A stretch of DNA of 50,870 nucleotides from positions 17,422,133-17,473,002 of the forward strand of contig NC_057734.1 in the NCBI RefSeq assembly GCF_004010195.1, given 5' to 3'. How positions within the stretch are numbered: position 1 is the stretch's first letter; each line of letters starts with the position of its first letter. The DNA is from Chiloscyllium plagiosum (Eukaryota). The notes under the pieces are model-generated. The model saw nothing but the letters and a program-made list of their open reading frames with translations. It was not told where the DNA came from and ran no database searches. This document shows, piece after piece, positions 1 to 12,300 of this stretch. Both the position numbers and the translations under genes were made by a program.

Positions 1-225
1 CTCCGGACTATCACCCTCACCTTAACCTCCTTCCACCTATCGCATTTTCAACACCCCTCCCCCAAGTACCTCCTCCCTACCTTTTATCTTAGCCTGCTGG
101 GCACACTCTCCTCATTCCCGAAACGTCGATTCTCCGGCTCCTTGGATACTGCCTGACCTGCTGCGCTTTTCCAGCAACACATTTTCAGTTCTGATCTCCA
201 GCATCTGCAGACCTCACTTTCTCCT
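1..225 (+). mobile_element. 3' end of Penelope-like element (PLE family A), hammerhead core deleted
   Basis: Same sequence family as reverse complement of 50452-50870; here 'cattcc|cgaaacgtcgattctcc' lacks the CTGAAGA-stem II segment. Confidence 0.75.
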
Positions 226-277
226 CACAGATTGTGTTGACCATATAAGGGAGTTGTAAATGTCAAAACAATGAATA

Positions 278-405
278 AAAGAACTATGGATGCTGGAGAT
301 CTGAAACAAAAGCAGTAAATGCTGACAAAATTCAACAAGTCTGGAAATAACTGTGGTGAGAAGGCAGAATGAACATTTCAAGTCCAGCAACTCTTCATTA
401 GAACA
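278..405 (-). repeat. Degenerate PLE-derived short repeat (family D)
   Basis: 'gatgctggagatctgaaacaaaagcag...' shared with 23745-23880, 30485-30600, 45735-45865; reverse complement ends in decayed CTGATGA...GAAAC motif. Confidence 0.6.
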
Positions 406-718
406 TAAATGTCAAGACCTTTTCAGGTCCATATCAATTGCCTTATTGAGCAGTGTTGGCCATGTGCCTAAGTCAGATTGGCTTCCATTCTCAGAGGCTC
501 TTGAAGTTGGATTTCAGTGCATTTAGTTTTGCTGTTTTACCACGCCAATCAGTGACTATGTGTGTGTATGCCCCAAGTCTGAAATGTTGCTGGTTTCCTG
601 TGTTATCTCTGGTCTGGCATTGACGAGAGGCTGAGGTGCTTTCCTGCAAGTGTGGGGACCGAAATCCAGATCCGCTTTATAATCCAGGAGGTGGGTTCTG
701 ACAATTCAACGAACTTAC

Positions 719-873
719 ACCGCTTCCTGTATTTTCTGCTGGATTCTCTGCCTCTCAGCCACACTCGGAAACTCCACCGCGTGAGGAAGGCCTCTGGCAC
801 GTTCCCTCCGTTTCTTTATTCCTTTTTTCTTTCTGATTGTTTTCCATTCCCCTTCAGCTGGGCAGGCAGACAT
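719..873 (-). CDS. SRRD: Probable first coding exon of SRR1-like protein (SRRD); gene continues left of the window
   Basis: Reverse strand: acceptor ttaattacag| (exon starts 881), ATG at 873, open frame MSACPAEGEWKTIRKKKGIKKRRERARGLPHAVEFPSVAERQRIQQKIQEAV, strong donor |GTAAGT (718-713), phase 2. Pattern (W followed by basic cluster, then 'xxIxEA' at a phase-2 intron) resembles vertebrate SRRD exon 1 as recalled; SRRD is a known neighbour of TFIP11 in human. Confidence 0.65.
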
Positions 874-1198
874 CTCTGTGTCTGTAATTAAAGTTTAATA
901 AAGGCCGTACCCAGCTGCATTCTTGCTGCCGGCCTGTGTTGTTGTTGTTGAAGTGGCTGGGGAAGAGGTTTTGAGATAATGGGCCTCAGTTTGAATGATG
1001 TGAAAAACAAAAAAACTGGAAACACCGTGAATTGTTTTCTGTAAAGAGGAGAAGCGAGAGTTTTAATCAAATGAAGCGGGGTCTCTCCGCGCCCGCTCGG
1101 TTCCCGGTTGTTTCATGTGGAAGTTTCTCTTTGCACATCCCGCCTCTGCCCTGACCCAGGTCACGGTGCCACTCGGTTCACTTTCCCCCACCCCCCAC

Positions 1199-1255
1199 CT
1201 TCTCAGGCTCTGTCTTCCAGCCCTCCGGGCCGGAACATTTCTGCGCGCTCGGTGT
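1199..1255 (-). other. Putative non-coding exon 1 of the minus-strand gene (TSS not determinable)
   Basis: GAGAAG|GTGGGG donor at 1198 on -; needed to feed the acceptor at 881. Donor is weak. Confidence 0.4.
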
Positions 1256-1279
1256 TTCCCGACGGCGGAGTTCCGCACA

Positions 1280-1361
1280 CGGACACAAGATGGCGGACGT
1301 GTTCAACCGTTAGGCATCGGATCGGGGCGCGCGGCGGCGAGGCTTGAGTGAGGCGAAGGCG
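1280..1361 (+). other. TFIP11: TFIP11 non-coding exon 1 (5' end approximate)
   Basis: In CpG island, ends at GCG|GTGAGT; first coding exon at 6190 starts with an acceptor so an upstream UTR exon is required. Confidence 0.7.
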
Positions 1362-1651
1362 GTGAGTTTGTGTCGTGGCCTTTATTCCAATTCTTTCTGT
1401 TGCAAAGTTCCTAAACTGCATCCAGGTCGAGTGAGCTAATTCCGGCTGGAGGGTGGACCCAGACAGACGGAGTAAGAGACTGTGTGTGTGTCTGTGACCC
1501 AGGGGACAGCACGATCTGGACCCCACTCTCGTCCCTCTATTGCCACACCACCCATTTCCAATCTCCCCTCACCCCAGCCCCGCATTTCCATTCGACCATA
1601 AGGTATAGAAACAGAATAAGGCCATTCAGCCCATCGTGTCTACTCCACCAT

Positions 1652-1754
1652 ATTTTGGAGGAGCTGGCACTGAAGAAGAAGCAGCGCTTCGAAAGCTAGT
1701 GCTTTCAAATAAACCTGTTGGACTATAAACTGGTGTTGTGATATTTTAACTTTG
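1652..1754 (+). mobile_element. PLE end fragment (family B) with hammerhead-like core
   Basis: CTGAAGA-A-GAAGC agc GCTTC-GAA-AGCT-A-GTGC at 1670-1702, followed by AATAAAcctgttggactata; flanked by direct repeat CTCCACCAT (1643-1651, 1755-1763). Confidence 0.7.
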
Positions 1755-1761
1755 CTCCACC

Positions 1762-2225
1762 ATGGGGCTCAGTGGTTAGCGCCAAGGACCCAGGTTTAAC
1801 TCCAGCCTCAGGCGACTCTCTGTGTGGAGTTTGCACATTCTACCCGTGTCTGCGTGGGTTTCCTCCCACAGTCCAAAGATGTGCAGGTCAGGCGAGTTGG
1901 CCATGTTAAATAGAGTCATAGAGATGTACAGCATGGAAACAGACCCTTCGGTCCAACCCGTCCATGCTGACCAGATATCCCAACCCAATCTTGTCCCACC
2001 TGCCAGCACCCGGCCCATATCCATCCAAACCCTTCCTATTCATGTACCCATCCAAATGCCTTTTAAATGTTGCAATTGTACCAAATTGCCCATAGTGTTA
2101 GGTGCGTTAGTCAGGGTAAATGTAGGGTAGGGGAATGGATCTGGGTGGGTTATGCATCGAAGGTCTGTGTAGACTTGTTGGGCCAAATGGCCCGTTTCCA
2201 TACTGTAAGGGATCTAATCTAAAAA
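1762..2225 (+). mobile_element. HE1-type tRNA-derived shark SINE, split by a CR1 3'-end insertion
   Basis: A-box-like 'ggctcagtggttagc', body 'tgtgtggagtttgcacattc...gtgtctgcgtgggtttcctcc', tail 'ttgttgggccaaatggcccgtttccatactgt'; homologous to 19365, 26503, 36312 copies. Confidence 0.85.
1911..2082 (-). mobile_element. 5'-truncated CR1 3' end nested in the SINE
   Basis: Same tail as 8784-8950, 29450-29625 and 46134-46285; flanked by AAAT on both sides. Confidence 0.8.
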
Positions 2226-2640
2226 TATGACCATGCCTGTTATCTTTCTCAACTGCGTTCTCTTGCCTTCTCCTCCTAACCCCTGATCCCCTTACCAATC
2301 ACAAACCTATCTCTCTCTGCCTTAAATACACTCAGTAACTTGGCCAACACAGATTCACCACCTTCTGGCAGTGGAAATTCCTCCTCATCTCAGTTCTAAA
2401 AGGTTGTCCCTTCACTTTGAGGCTGTGCCTAGTCTCTCTTCTTAATGGAACCATCATGCACGTGTCCACTCTATCCAGCCCTTTCAGTATTCTATAGATT
2501 TTAATGAGATTGCCCCATATCCGTTGAATACAGATCCAGAGTCATCTCCAGGATCATTTGTGCAAACATCCTCTGGACCCCCTCCAATGCCAGCACACCC
2601 TTACTTAAATACAGGACGCAAAGCTGTTCATGGTGTACGT

Positions 2641-2738
2641 TGTTGAAAAGTGTGGTGCTGGAAAGGCACAGCTAGTCAGGCAGCATCCGAGGAGTAGGAG
2701 AATCAACGGTTTGAGCATGAGATGTTCATCAGGAATGT
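2641..2738 (-). repeat. PLE family A end fragment, decayed hammerhead
   Basis: Reverse complement 'cattcctgatgaacatctcatgctcaaaccgttgattctcc...ctgtgcctttccagcaccacac'. Confidence 0.7.
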
Positions 2739-2958
2739 GCCTGACTAGAGGTTTACATTGTCTCAGCAGTATATCTTTGCTGTTGTGTTCTAGCCACTTT
2801 GCCATGAATACTAACATTGCATTTGCCTTCCTAACTGCCAGATGAACCTGCATGTTGACTTTAGGGGAATCCTGAATGAGGACTCCCACACCTCTTTGTG
2901 CATCAGATTCTAAAGCCTTTCCCAATTTATAAAATGAAAGGCCTAATACCCAAAGCAT

Positions 2959-3198
2959 CAACTGTCCTGCTCCTTGGATGCTGCCTGACCTGCTGTGCTT
3001 TTCCAGCACCACCCTTTTCAACTCTGACTTCTCCAGCACGTGCAGTCTTTACTTTCTCCTACAATTCTATTCTTCCTCCAACTGTCCTGCTCCTTGGATG
3101 CTGCCTGACCTGCTGTGCTTTTCCAGCACCACTCTTTTCAACTCTAACTTCTCCAGCATGTGCAGTCTTTACTTTCTCCTACAATTCTATTCTTCCTC
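2959..3198 (+). repeat. Tandem duplication, 2 x 120 bp, of a PLE family A end plus flank
   Basis: 2959-3078 and 3079-3198 differ at 3 positions by eye. Confidence 0.9.
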
Positions 3199-4160
3199 TT
3201 TACTTTTCCTACAACTGTATTCTTCCTACATAAGTGGATAACCTCAAACTTTCTGACATTGTATTCCATCTGCTACTTCTCTGCCCATGGTCCTAGACTG
3301 TCCAAGTCCCGCTTCCTCAACGTTACCTGTCCCTCCACCTATCTTTGTGTTATCTGCAAACGTCCAGATCATTAATCTCTAGCATGAATGGTTGTGATCC
3401 CAACACTGACTCCTGTGGAACTCCACTAGTCACTGCTACCATCCTGAAAAAGATCCCATTTTTCCGCATCCGTGCCTTCTGCCAGTCAGTCAAGCCTGTA
3501 TGCCAACTTTGCCCTTAAAACCATGGACTCTTATTTAGCAGCCCCCTATGCAGCACCTTGTCAAAGGCCTTGGATATCCAAATAGGCCACATCGACTGGC
3601 TCTCCTTTGTCTAACTTGCTTATTACCTCCTCAAAGAATTGTAACAGATTAGTCAGGCATGACCTCCCATGATGAAGCTATGCTGACTTCCAAGTACTCT
3701 GCAACCTTGTCCTTCATAATGGACTCTTAAAATCTTACCAACGACCAAGGTCAGACTAACTGGTGTACAATTCCCCATCTTCTGCCTACCTCTGTTCTTA
3801 AACGGGGTATTACATTAATCATTTTCCAGTCCTTAAGAACCTATCTGACTCCAGTGTTTCCTGAAAGATCGCCACCAATGCCTCCACAATCTCCTCAGTT
3901 ATCTCTTTCAGAACTCTGGGGTGTAGTCCACTCAATCTAGTTGAGTAGTCCACTTTCTGACCTTTCAGTTTCCCCAGCATCTTCTACTTAGGGATGGCCA
4001 CTACGCCCACCTTAGAACCTTGACTCTTTTGAAGTTTTGGTATGCCACACGAAGAATGATTCAAAGTATCAATCAAGTTCATGAACCATTTCTTTGTTTC
4101 TCGCAGTCTCATTTTTCAATGTTCCAGTGTCCACTCTTACCTCACTCTTAAATTCTATAT

Positions 4161-4394
4161 AAGTAGCGCCTCAACATACAAACGACCCCGTTCACAAACA
4201 AATCTGTTTACGAACAGGATTGTACGTAAAATTTTGCCTCAACGTACGTACGAAATTCAAGGTACGAACGCAAAAAGCCCGTGGTTTCATTGTCATTGTT
4301 CTGCTTTGCTATGCGGTTTGATTCAGTTCGTGAACTTTTCGGTTCGTGAACCGTGTCCCGGAACGGATTAAGTTCGTAAGTCGAGGCGCTACTG
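4161..4394. mobile_element. Tigger/pogo-like MITE
   Basis: Terminal inverted repeats agtagcgcctcaacatacaaac / gttcgtaagtcgaggcgctactg, TA flanks, CpG-rich interior. Confidence 0.8.
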
Positions 4395-5114
4395 TATCTA
4401 AAAAAACCTCTTGCAATCATCTTCTATATTAATAGCTAGCTTACCCTCATATTTCATTATCTCCACACCCTTATTGCTTTTTTATTTGTCCTTTACTGGT
4501 TTTTAAATCCTCTGGCTTCTCAGTAATCTTCACCACATTGTGTGCTTTTTCTTTTGCTTTTATGTTGTCCCTAACCAACCTATGTTGTCAGCCATGTTTG
4601 CCTTGTCTTCCCCTTAATATGTTTCTCCTTCCTTGGGATGAATTTCTCCTCGTGCCTCCCAAATTACCCCCAGAAACTCCTGCCATTACTGCTCCACTGT
4701 CTTCTCTGCTCAGCTTCCCTTCCAATTTACAGTAGCTAGCTCCTCCCTTCTGACTTTGTAGCTATCTTTACTCAATTGAAATGTTATTACATCTGATTCT
4801 AGCTTCTCCCTCTCAGAATGCAGGGTGAATTCTATCATATTGTGATATTATCTCCTAAGAATCTCCCACTGCCACAATGTCCCCATCTCCTTTCCTATTC
4901 CCTATCTCAATACACCCCCCCTCCCCATTTTCTCCCTACCCCTACCCAATCTACTCTCCAACCTATGATCACCTAATGCTCTCTCGAAGTTGCTGTTTAT
5001 TGTCAAGGAATGGGATCCTTTACTATTTCAGCAATTATTATGATTGATGCCTCAGCATGGACCTCAGTTAGCGCTTTGGACTGTTGATTTTGAAGCAGCT
5101 ATTACTGAAGATAC

Positions 5115-5227
5115 ACAGCAAGTCAAGAAGGTAGCTTTCCACCACTTTTTCAAGAACAACTAAAGGTGGACAATAAATGGTAGCTTAGTCAACAATCCCA
5201 CCATCCCATGAATGAATAAATAAAAAA
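5115..5227 (+). repeat. LINE/SINE 3' tail fragment (caataaatg...catcccatgaatgaat family)
   Basis: Matches tails at 8430-8500, 41395-41466 and reverse at 8678-8780. Confidence 0.6.
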
Positions 5228-5489
5228 GCTTTCTGTCCCATGGGATCAGAATTTTATATTCTCTTTCTCTGTCAGTTCTACCATCTGTAATCTTTTTGAA
5301 ATTAATTTGAAACTTGGTGGGGTAAGGCTAGTTGCCGAATATTAACAGTGTATTTCACTTGACAAGTGAACGCATATGGAGAACTGTCAAAGCCAATAAT
5401 ACTTAACTCCATCTTCTCTCTCAAAAATATGAGATAAAATAATAAACCACACACTTTCTGTTCCGTAGTTTGGGTATTTTATTGGGTGT

Positions 5490-5618
5490 CCTGATGAAGG
5501 CCTTATACCCGGAATGTTGACTCTTCTGCTCCTTGGATGCTGTCTGACCTGCTGTGCTTTTCCAGTGCCACACTTTTTGACTCTGATCTCCAGCATCTGC
5601 AGTCCTCACTTTCTCCTG
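5490..5618 (+). repeat. PLE family A end fragment, decayed hammerhead
   Basis: CTGATGAAGGCCTTATACCCGGAATGTTGA followed by the family A tail ending 'gcagtcctcactttctcct'. Confidence 0.75.
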
Positions 5619-6195
5619 TATTGTTTTTGGCATTGTCTTTCTTTCCGAGCTACTTGTAACTCCAGCCGTATGGCTTGCACTCGCTTGTTTAATATCCTGA
5701 CTGTTCATTTGTCCTTTTATTTCTCTGAGTGTTTCCATCAAGTTGATTAAGAAATACGGCTGGGAGTAGAATTTCATAATCGGCCAACTCTTGGCCAAGG
5801 GGATTTTTTAAATGATACCTGCGATTAAAAAGAATCAGCAAAACTTAATAAATATCAGGAAATGAATGAAGTGGTTGATTGGCATTTAGAATAGGAAGGA
5901 CAACATCTTGGATGAACTCTTCTTCAGCACCCACCTTATTAACTTGGCTCTCTGCCTCAGTTGCTGGATATCAGTTTTTTTTAGTAATAAGTTTCATTCA
6001 GATTTCAACCATTCATGATGTACATTTTTAAACAAATATTGGGCCATATTTTTGGACACCGAAGAAGTGATCATGCTCTAGATTCAAATACCACAGCAAA
6101 GAGGGAAGTTTGAGCTGGAGTCAGGCGATTTTAATGTAGGGATTTTTTGTGACAAAGCGCTATATCCAATTCTTTTTATTATCCGGCAGGTGAAA

Positions 6196-6395
6196 ATGTC
6201 AATGTCACATCTTTACGGGAAAGGCCAGGATGACGACGAGGTGGAGATGGAGCGGTTTGAAATTTCAGATTGGGACTTGGAAAATGAGTTCAACCCAGAC
6301 CGTGTACGCCATCGGCAGACAAAAGAGGATGCCATCTACGGCATGTGGGCTGAGAATGATTCTGATGATGAAAGGCCAAGCTTTGGGGGAAAACG
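6196..6395 (+). CDS. TFIP11: TFIP11 coding exon 1
   Basis: Acceptor ccggcag| at 6189, ATG 6196, [34 protein letters not shown]...GGKR, donor GTAAT 6396. Confidence 0.97.
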
Positions 6396-9300
6396 GTAAT
6401 CTAGAACATTATACACACTGGCTTCTACCATTATGAGATTTGACATTTTATTTTATCCACTTGTCTCCCACTCTTGAAGCAACTGAACATTCCTGGCTAT
6501 TGTTTGATGCTTTTGCTAACTTGATTAAGTGGCTGTTCCTCCATGTTTGATTCTAGGATTCTTGCAATTGCGCCAGCCCTGGGGCAGATCTCGGGTCAAA
6601 GTAGGCGCATATTCTTCAATTTCTCATTTGTTCAGTTATTTTCTGACCTCTTGGATTCCCCAATCTATTTCTTGTTCTGTTTCTGTGTTAAGATGTTGTC
6701 CATGTGATGTGTTTCTGACATTCTTTCATCCTATTTTGTAACCGTCAGCTATGAGAGGTTGATTTGGCTCCATTTGATGTAATTAACATATTTTGCTAGG
6801 GTCTTTTTTGGAATTGAGACACCCCAATTTTCTTTCTGAGCAAAATCAAATGTTGGCCATTTAGAGAATTTTGGGTGCAAAGTTGAGCTGTACCAGTCAG
6901 TAACACTGGTTGGACTGGACTGTAACTGGTCTGGTACTGATTTTTGAAAATGGAACAATTATATCTATGGCCTATTGGTTGAGTGTAGAGCCAGTGGGAA
7001 TGGTGATGTTTGTCACCAGTGAGGCCTATAAATCCTTACAATCCACCCATATCAGCTTGTGCTTTTATTCACTATTTTCGAATACAATAAATTGCTCTGT
7101 TGGAATAGAGAAGATAGAGATGTCTATGCACTCGTCAGCATGTGTTCAGTACTAGTCATCTGTAATCCTGTTAGATGGATTTAATTGAAGCAACGCTAGT
7201 TGATCAGACTATCAGTTTTATCTTTTTGGACCTAGCCAGTACTATTGTTCAGATCCCTGTGTATTTTCTGCTCTGGTCCTCTTATGTGCTTGTCTCCAGA
7301 CACTTGCCAGCTGTACATGGGATTTAAGGAGCTGCAGTTAGATTTTTGAAAGCAATTGTACAATAATGTTACTGTATCTGCACTGTTTCTATAGTTCCAA
7401 AGATTACAGTGCTCCAGTGAATTTCATCAGTGCTGGGATCCGGCGACCTGCAGCTGAGGAAAATGCAGAAGATAAGGATTCTGATGATTCTGAAGAAGAG
7501 AAAGTTAAACGAGAAGATTTTCCAAAGGAATTCGCCCCAAAGAAATTGAAAACTGTAAGTACAGTAACTGTTATCAGGCACTCTACCAACGAGAATTCTG
7601 TTATAACCGGCATTTCTGATACATTTCTCAAAAAGAATTTAGTCACTTTGAATGTGCAGATAATAATTCTGAGTAAATTGCAAATCTGCAGAAGTTGATC
7701 TTAAACTTTACATGAAGTTATTGAATTATTGGATCGGTTTTGGTTAGTGCCTGATAACTAAGCAACTCCAGTGAATCTGACTGCTTGATATTTGTTTGAA
7801 GCCTGTCTGAAGGTCATGGTGTCAGCTGTGGTTTCAACTTGTTCTCCAGTTGTGATGATTTTACTATGACATTCTGCTGTTTTGAGACTGTTGACTGCCC
7901 AGTTGCTGCCCCTCAATCCTTTAATGATAGAATTGCAACTTTTTTGCATCCAGAATTTAACTCATGCTGGATAAAAATAAAAATTCCTGTATTTAGTCAA
8001 GGTCTGGGCTTGATACTTGATAGCTGTGCATTAGTTTAAATCATCAAAAAACATAATGGCAGTAATGGATTAGATGTGACTGAAATCAAGCAGATTTAGT
8101 AATACTTCCAGCAATGGATTGATGTTCGAAATGCCGGCAACACTACAGACTTGGCCGGCCAGTAATCCAGTGACCCAGTTACTGTTCGAAAGACCTAGGT
8201 TTAAATTCCACACAGCAGTTGGTGGAAATTAAATTCCATAAAAATCTGGAATTAAGTCTAATGATAACCATGAAATCATTGTCAATTGCTTAAAAGCTCA
8301 TCTCCTGGGGAAAAAATTGCTGTACTTACCTGGTCTGTCCTACATATAACTCCAGACCCATAACACTGTGGTTGACACTTAACTGCCCTCTGAAATGGCC
8401 TAACTCCACCAAATAGACTCTAGCAGTACTTTCTTAAGGGCAAGTACAGATGGGAAATAAATGCTGGGCTGCCAATGATGCCCACACCCCATGAGTGGTC
8501 TTTTAAAAATGTGGAGGAAAAGAAACACTTTTAAACTATATATTTGGGGGCTAAGAGCATTTCGCTTCAAGTTTTGAATTTTAAGGAAAACCTTGAAATG
8601 TGTGAGTGATATTTATATTTTTATTGTTCTGAAAATTCTGTGAGGATATCACATCTTTTATAGATGCACACAGTGACTCATTCATGAGATCGAAGTGTCG
8701 CTGGCTTGTTCATTTATTGTCCAACCCTAGTTGCTCTTGAGAAGGTGGTAATAAGCTGTCTTCTTGAACTGCTGCAGTCATGGAGTCATAGAGATGTACA
8801 GCACAGATACAGAGCCTTTATTCCAACTCATCCATGCTGACCTAATATCCCAGCCCAATCTAGTCCCATTTTCCAGCACTTGGCCCGTATCCCTCCAAAC
8901 TCTTCCTATTCATATACCCATTCAGATGCCTTTTAAATATTGCAATTGTACCAACCTCCTCCACTTCCTCTGGCAGCCCATTCCATACACGCATCATCCT
9001 CTGCATGGAAAAAGTTGCACCTTAGGTCCCTTTTATATCTTTCCCCTCTCACCCTAAACCTATGCCCTCTAGTACTGGACTCCCCCACACCAGGGAAGAG
9101 ACTTTGTCTATTTATCTTATCCATGCCCCTCATGACTTTATAAACTTCAGTAAGGTCACCCCTCAGCTTCTGATGCTCCAGGGAAAACAGTCCCAGTCTA
9201 TTCAGTCTCTCCCTATAGCTCAAATCCTCCAACCCTGGCAACATACTTGTAAATCTTTTTTGAATCCTGTCAAGTTTCACAACATTTTTCCAATAGGAAG

Positions 9301-12300
9301 GAGACCAGAATTGCATGCAATATTCCAACAGTGGCCTAACCAATGTCCTGTACAGCCACAACATGACCTCCCAACTCCTACACTCAATACGCTGACCAAT
9401 AAAGAAAAGCATACCGAACACCACCTTCACTATCCTATCTACCTGCGACTCCACGTTCAAGGAGCAATGAACCTGCACTCCAAGAATCTTTGTTCAGCAA
9501 CACTCCCGAGAACCTTACCATTAAGTGTATAAGTCCTGCTAACGTTTGCTTTCCCAAGATGCAGCACTTGACATTTATTTAAACTAAACTCCATCTGCTA
9601 CTCCCAGCCCATTGACCCACCTGGTCAAGGTACTGTTGTAATCTGAGGTAATTTCTTCGCTGTCCACTACATCTCCAACTTTGGTGTTACCTGCAAACTT
9701 ACTAACTATACCTCTTGCACTCACATCCAAATCATTGATATAAATGACGAAAAGTAGTGGACAGAGCACCGATCCTTGCGGCACTGCACTGGTCACAGGC
9801 CTCCAGTCTGAAAAACAACCCTCCACACCATCCTCTGTCTTCTACCTTCAAGCCAGTTCTGTATCCAAATGGTTTGTTCTCCATGTATTCCATGAGGCCT
9901 AACCTTGCTAAGCAGTCTCTCATGGGGACCTTTGTCGAACGCCTTACTGAAGTCTATATAGATCATGTTCACCACTCTGCCCTCATCAATCTTCTTTGTT
10001 ACTTGTTCAAAAAGCTCAATCAAGTTTGTGAGACATGATTTCCCACGCACAAAGCCATGTTGACTATCCCTAATCAGTCCTTACCTTTCCAAATACATGT
10101 ACATCCTGTCCCTCAGGATTCCCTCCAACAACTTGCCCACCATCAACGTCAGGCTCACTGGACTATAGTTCCCTGGCTTGTCCTTACCACCTTTATATTG
10201 AGATGTACAGCACCAAAGCAGACCCTTTGGTCTAACTTGTCCATGCTGACAAGATATCCTTCAATTAATCTAGTCCCATTTGCCAGAGTTTGGCCTGTAT
10301 CCCTCCAAACCCTTCCTATTCATATACACCCAGATGCCTTTTAAATGTTGTAATTATTGTAGTAACTTCACCACTTCCTCTGGCAGTTCATTCCATAGAC
10401 GCATCACCCTCTGCATGAAAATGTTTCCCCTCTCACCTTAAATCTATGCCCTCTAGTTTTGGACCTCCCATCCTGGGGAAAAGACCTTGACAGTTCACCC
10501 TATCCATGCCCTCCTGATCTTATAAACCTCTACAATGTCACCCCTCAGCCTCTGATGCTCCAGAGAAACTAGCCCCAGCCCATTTGTCCTCTCCCTATAG
10601 CTCCACGTGCTGTCGGTAAACCCACAGTTTTGCTTTCTGGAAAAGTTTCAGATTAAATAATTTTTGTTCAATTTTGACTTCATTTGGGAGAGAGTTGGAA
10701 TTATTAGAGAATCTGTGCTTGTTTATTTATAATACAAGATCAAAAACAACCATTACTGCCTGCATAAAAGCACTATCTATATTTGGTCAGGTGATAAAAG
10801 GAATTGAGGTTTTCCTAAAATCAGTAAATTTTAAAACATTTTTTGTCGAACGAAGTTTTACAAACTATTGTCAGTTATTTGTTTACAACAGAGAAATAGT
10901 AACACCGTTTTACTTTATTTGTTTTCCTTAAGGATTGTGGAACTTACTCTTTGCTGAAATAGTTATGCAGTCTGAATAGCTATTTACCAAACTAAGATGG
11001 TTCAATAAAACATTAAAAATGAACGTTCCAGGAATAAAACAAATGTATTTGCTTCACCATAGTTTGGGGATCCTTAGTATGTTTCTCCCCAAGTCTGTTA
11101 GTTGAAATGTGCATTTTCCCCCTACTTTTAACAGTTCCTGTTCTTCTCCCCCTTCTGCCACTCCATAAGGACAGATTGTATCCTGATTGACTGGCGCTTC
11201 TTGGGTTTGGTTCAGTTATGTTTAGTTTTTCATTACATTTTTTTCTCGTAGGGTGGCTTTTTCAAATCTAGTTCAAAAGGATTCACAGGAGGACATCGAA
11301 CAAACCAGGAAATTGGCACCTGGGAAAAACATACCAAAGGGATTGGACAGAAATTACTGCAGAAGATGGGTTACGTACCTGGCAGAGGTCTTGGGAAAAA
11401 TGCACAAGGTACAGTTTTCAGAAAGTTCACTAGCAGTGTTAATGATAATTCTCTGTCAGTAACTTTTTCTCAAAAGGTGGGAGTTCATATGTGAGAGCTG
11501 TTCTCCTCCTCCAGACCACCACAGGTCTTTGAGTAAAAGTGCTGTTTTTCTGATGAATCCTGATACTCCACTGGAGTGGGAAAATAGTTATTGCACTTTC
11601 ACTAATTTAATTTCCTGAGAAAAATTAAGTTTGTCCCTGAAAATACCATAATCTCACCCCAACACCCAAATTCATCTAGCATCCTTCAATAAGAATCCAA
11701 GTAAATTATCATCCTTCATACAACAATTCAGTACTTTCTTCACAGAGTCATACAGTCCAGAAACTGTTTATTTCCCCAAACTCCCTAGCTTCTATGTCCT
11801 CCTCTGAATACTGACACAAGAGATTCATTTAGTATCCCGTAACATCTCCTGCAGTGCCACATGTACATGGCTGCATTGATCTTTAAGGGGCCCTATTCTC
11901 TCCCTAGTTACTCTTTTGCCCTTAATGTATTTATAGAAACTCTTTGAATTTTTCTTGGCTCGGTCAAAGCTATCTCATGTCCCCTTCTTGCTCTCTTGAT
12001 TTATTTCTTGAGTATATTCCTGCTGTCTTTATACTCTTCTGGGGGCTCACTCAATCCCAGCTGTCTATCTGATACATTCCTCCTTTTTGTTTTTGACCAG
12101 AGCCTAAATTTCTTTAGTCATCCAGCATTCCCTGCACCTACCAGCCTTGCTCTTCACACTAAGAGGAACATACTGTCTCTGAACTCTTACCTCTCAACCA
12201 TCCCATTATCTGCAAATAGTGTGTCTCAGTCAACTTTTGGAAGTTCCTATCTAATACCATCAAAATTGATCTTTCTTCAATTTAAACTTTAACTTTTTGA

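Larger units (their letters stand above)
1080..1400. promoter_or_regulatory. CpG-rich bidirectional promoter (TFIP11 / putative SRRD)
   Basis: High CpG density against a CpG-poor background; YY1-type CAAGATGGCGG at 1286-1296; ETS-like CCGGAA at ~1230-1235; donors pointing outward on both strands (1362 GTGAGT on +, 1198 GTGGGG on -). Confidence 0.8.
1594..4855 (-). mobile_element. Decayed CR1 LINE, interrupted by several nested insertions
   Basis: ORF 2605-3039 contains CR1 RT C-terminal peptide 'VHLAVRKANAMLVFMAKWLE...LLRQCKPLVR'; CR1 3' tail at 1594-1650. Confidence 0.75.

Noticed and set aside
541-642. Possible second minus-strand exon (KAPQPLVNARPEITG...) in frame with the SRRD-like exon
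   Set aside because: Open and flanked by AG/GT, but no resemblance to the SRRD sequence I recall; could be chance.
2959-3198. CRISPR-like or other prokaryotic array
   Set aside because: Only a two-unit tandem duplication without spacers in a vertebrate intron.
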